A DNA stretch of 63,950 bases, counting the filler, from Octopus bimaculoides (taxonomy: Eukaryota): NCBI RefSeq assembly GCF_001194135.2. It is 5 parts of 5 records of this genome, joined end to end, with 100 filler letters (N's around TTAATTAATTAA, not from the genome) between each part and the next. Parts side by side here need not be neighbours in the genome. Positions count along the whole stretch, not along the records: positions 55,269 to 63,950 come from NC_068996.1; 4 more parts are not named here. One strand, given 5' to 3'. A program made the translations under genes and the position numbers. This document shows positions 62,771-63,950 of the stretch, piece after piece. The notes under the pieces are model-generated. The model was not told where the DNA came from. It did not search any database and saw only the letters and a program-made list of their open reading frames with translations. The stretch's first letter is position 1, and each line of letters begins with the position of its first letter.

Positions 62771-63124
62771 ACACACGGCCAGACTGAAGACTTCACAATA
62801 TTCATCAGAGCCACTCAGTGTAATACAGGAAACCTTAGAATCAAGGAGGCAATTCTAATTACCAAGCTGAGATTAGCGCTATGCAATGAAAATAGGCTAC
62901 CAAAGTAGACTGGTCAGTGAAACAATATCAACCAGTGCATGTCCCCATCCTCCGCCACATATCTGAGCACCAAATTATTTTATCCATCATTTCTCCATTT
63001 GTCCTGAGAAAGGAGCCTTAACCTCGAAATATCGAGACATAAGATAAAACGCCAACTATTGTCCTGTCTTCACTTTTTGGTCCACTTTGTACTTCTTTTC
63101 ACATCGTTTCAGCCTTATCTAATC

Positions 63125-63420
63125 TATCTATCTAGAACGGGTAAAATTCCCGTGAGTGATCCATGGACGAGTTCTCTCCAGCGGTCTTTGTCCCTTATCA
63201 TCACTGTCATGTCCTGTGTTTCCCAGAGATCAGTGTCTGTTCTTAGGACATCAACATGTGTCATTCTTGGTCCCCCTCTTCTAGTGTGTCCATGAAGGGG
63301 CTCTCATAGGATCACTGAGTGCAATATCAACTCGGAATGACGGTGAGCATGTCCAGCTAACCTCAGTTTCCTCTGTGTTATTTTCGAGCTAACCAGCTCT
63401 CATACAGCTTTGAGTTCTTC
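63125..63420 (-). mobile_element. RTE-clade LINE 3' end with (TAGA)n tail
   Basis: KITQRKLRLAGHAHRHSELILHSVIL*EPLHGHTRRGGPRMTHVDVLRTDT..RDKDRWREL. Confidence 0.85.
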
Positions 63421-63801
63421 ATCCTCCCTATCTAATGTAACACACACGCATATGCAAATTTAGCTAATGCTACTCCATCCCCTAAATTTAGATTTTAAGT
63501 CACACACATCAGCCCCAGCTGCTATCCGTGAACTATAAAATATCTTTTTTCAGCTTATTGAACTTCAATACAGGAAAAATTCACAACCTTCTACGTCAAT
63601 AAACCACCATTGTTCTTGAATGTTGTTTTTTATGCCTTCTACGGACTGCTCGAGGCTTACTAACTTCTTACATCAGAATCCTTGGATCTCAGATTTACAT
63701 ATTATATACATACATATATATATATATATATTATTATGATTGACCGTTGACTGAACACTATTCAATTTTTTTTCTCCGTGTTTTTCTCCTTGTCTCAGTA
63801 T

Positions 63802-63838
63802 TCTTTCTGTTGAAGAGCGTAGCTCGAAACGTCAAAGA
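63802..63838 (+). ncRNA. Minimal type I hammerhead motif, CTGTTGA core, in a short interspersed repeat (to about 63930)
   Basis: TCTTT-CTGTTGA-A-GAGC gta GCTC-GAA-AC GT-C-AAAGA; zero-loop palindromic stem III, GUC triplet, position 6 is U. Confidence 0.65.
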
Positions 63839-63950
63839 CTTTCCGTATTCCCGAGCGTCATACTAATATATACTTTTGTTATTTACACCACCTGTCCTCG
63901 TCTGTTGTTATTATTTGTATATTCTCCCATATATATATATATGTATATAT

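Overview
AT-rich, gap-ridden, microsatellite-dense animal genomic DNA. The repeat content is what I associate with a coleoid cephalopod (octopus) draft assembly; this is inference, not a database result. There is no rRNA, intact tRNA, CRISPR array or recognisable conserved gene. Most ORF-track entries are (CA)n/(TA)n/N-gap artefacts. The window is mostly a graveyard of retroelement fragments: Penelope-like elements (PLE), RTE, CR1/L2-group, Vingi, an RLE-type LINE, a CsRn1-type Gypsy with LTR and tRNA-Trp PBS, and tRNA-SINEs. DNA-transposon fragments (Tigger/pogo, Tc1/mariner, Helitron-like) are also present. Three signals stand out. (1) About ten minimal type I hammerhead-ribozyme motifs on both strands, most next to PLE remnants, including a four-motif cluster at 20.0-21.1 kb with U3:A8-type cores. 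(2) A compact spliced orphan gene candidate at 1.6-3.0 kb (+), encoding a roughly 158-aa Tyr-rich, possibly secreted protein. (3) A minus-strand candidate peptide-precursor gene at 16.0-18.1 kb with a duplicated (S/N)VLRLVAQARK unit separated by a KKR site. All gene models are read by eye from splice signals and phase compatibility and are unverified.
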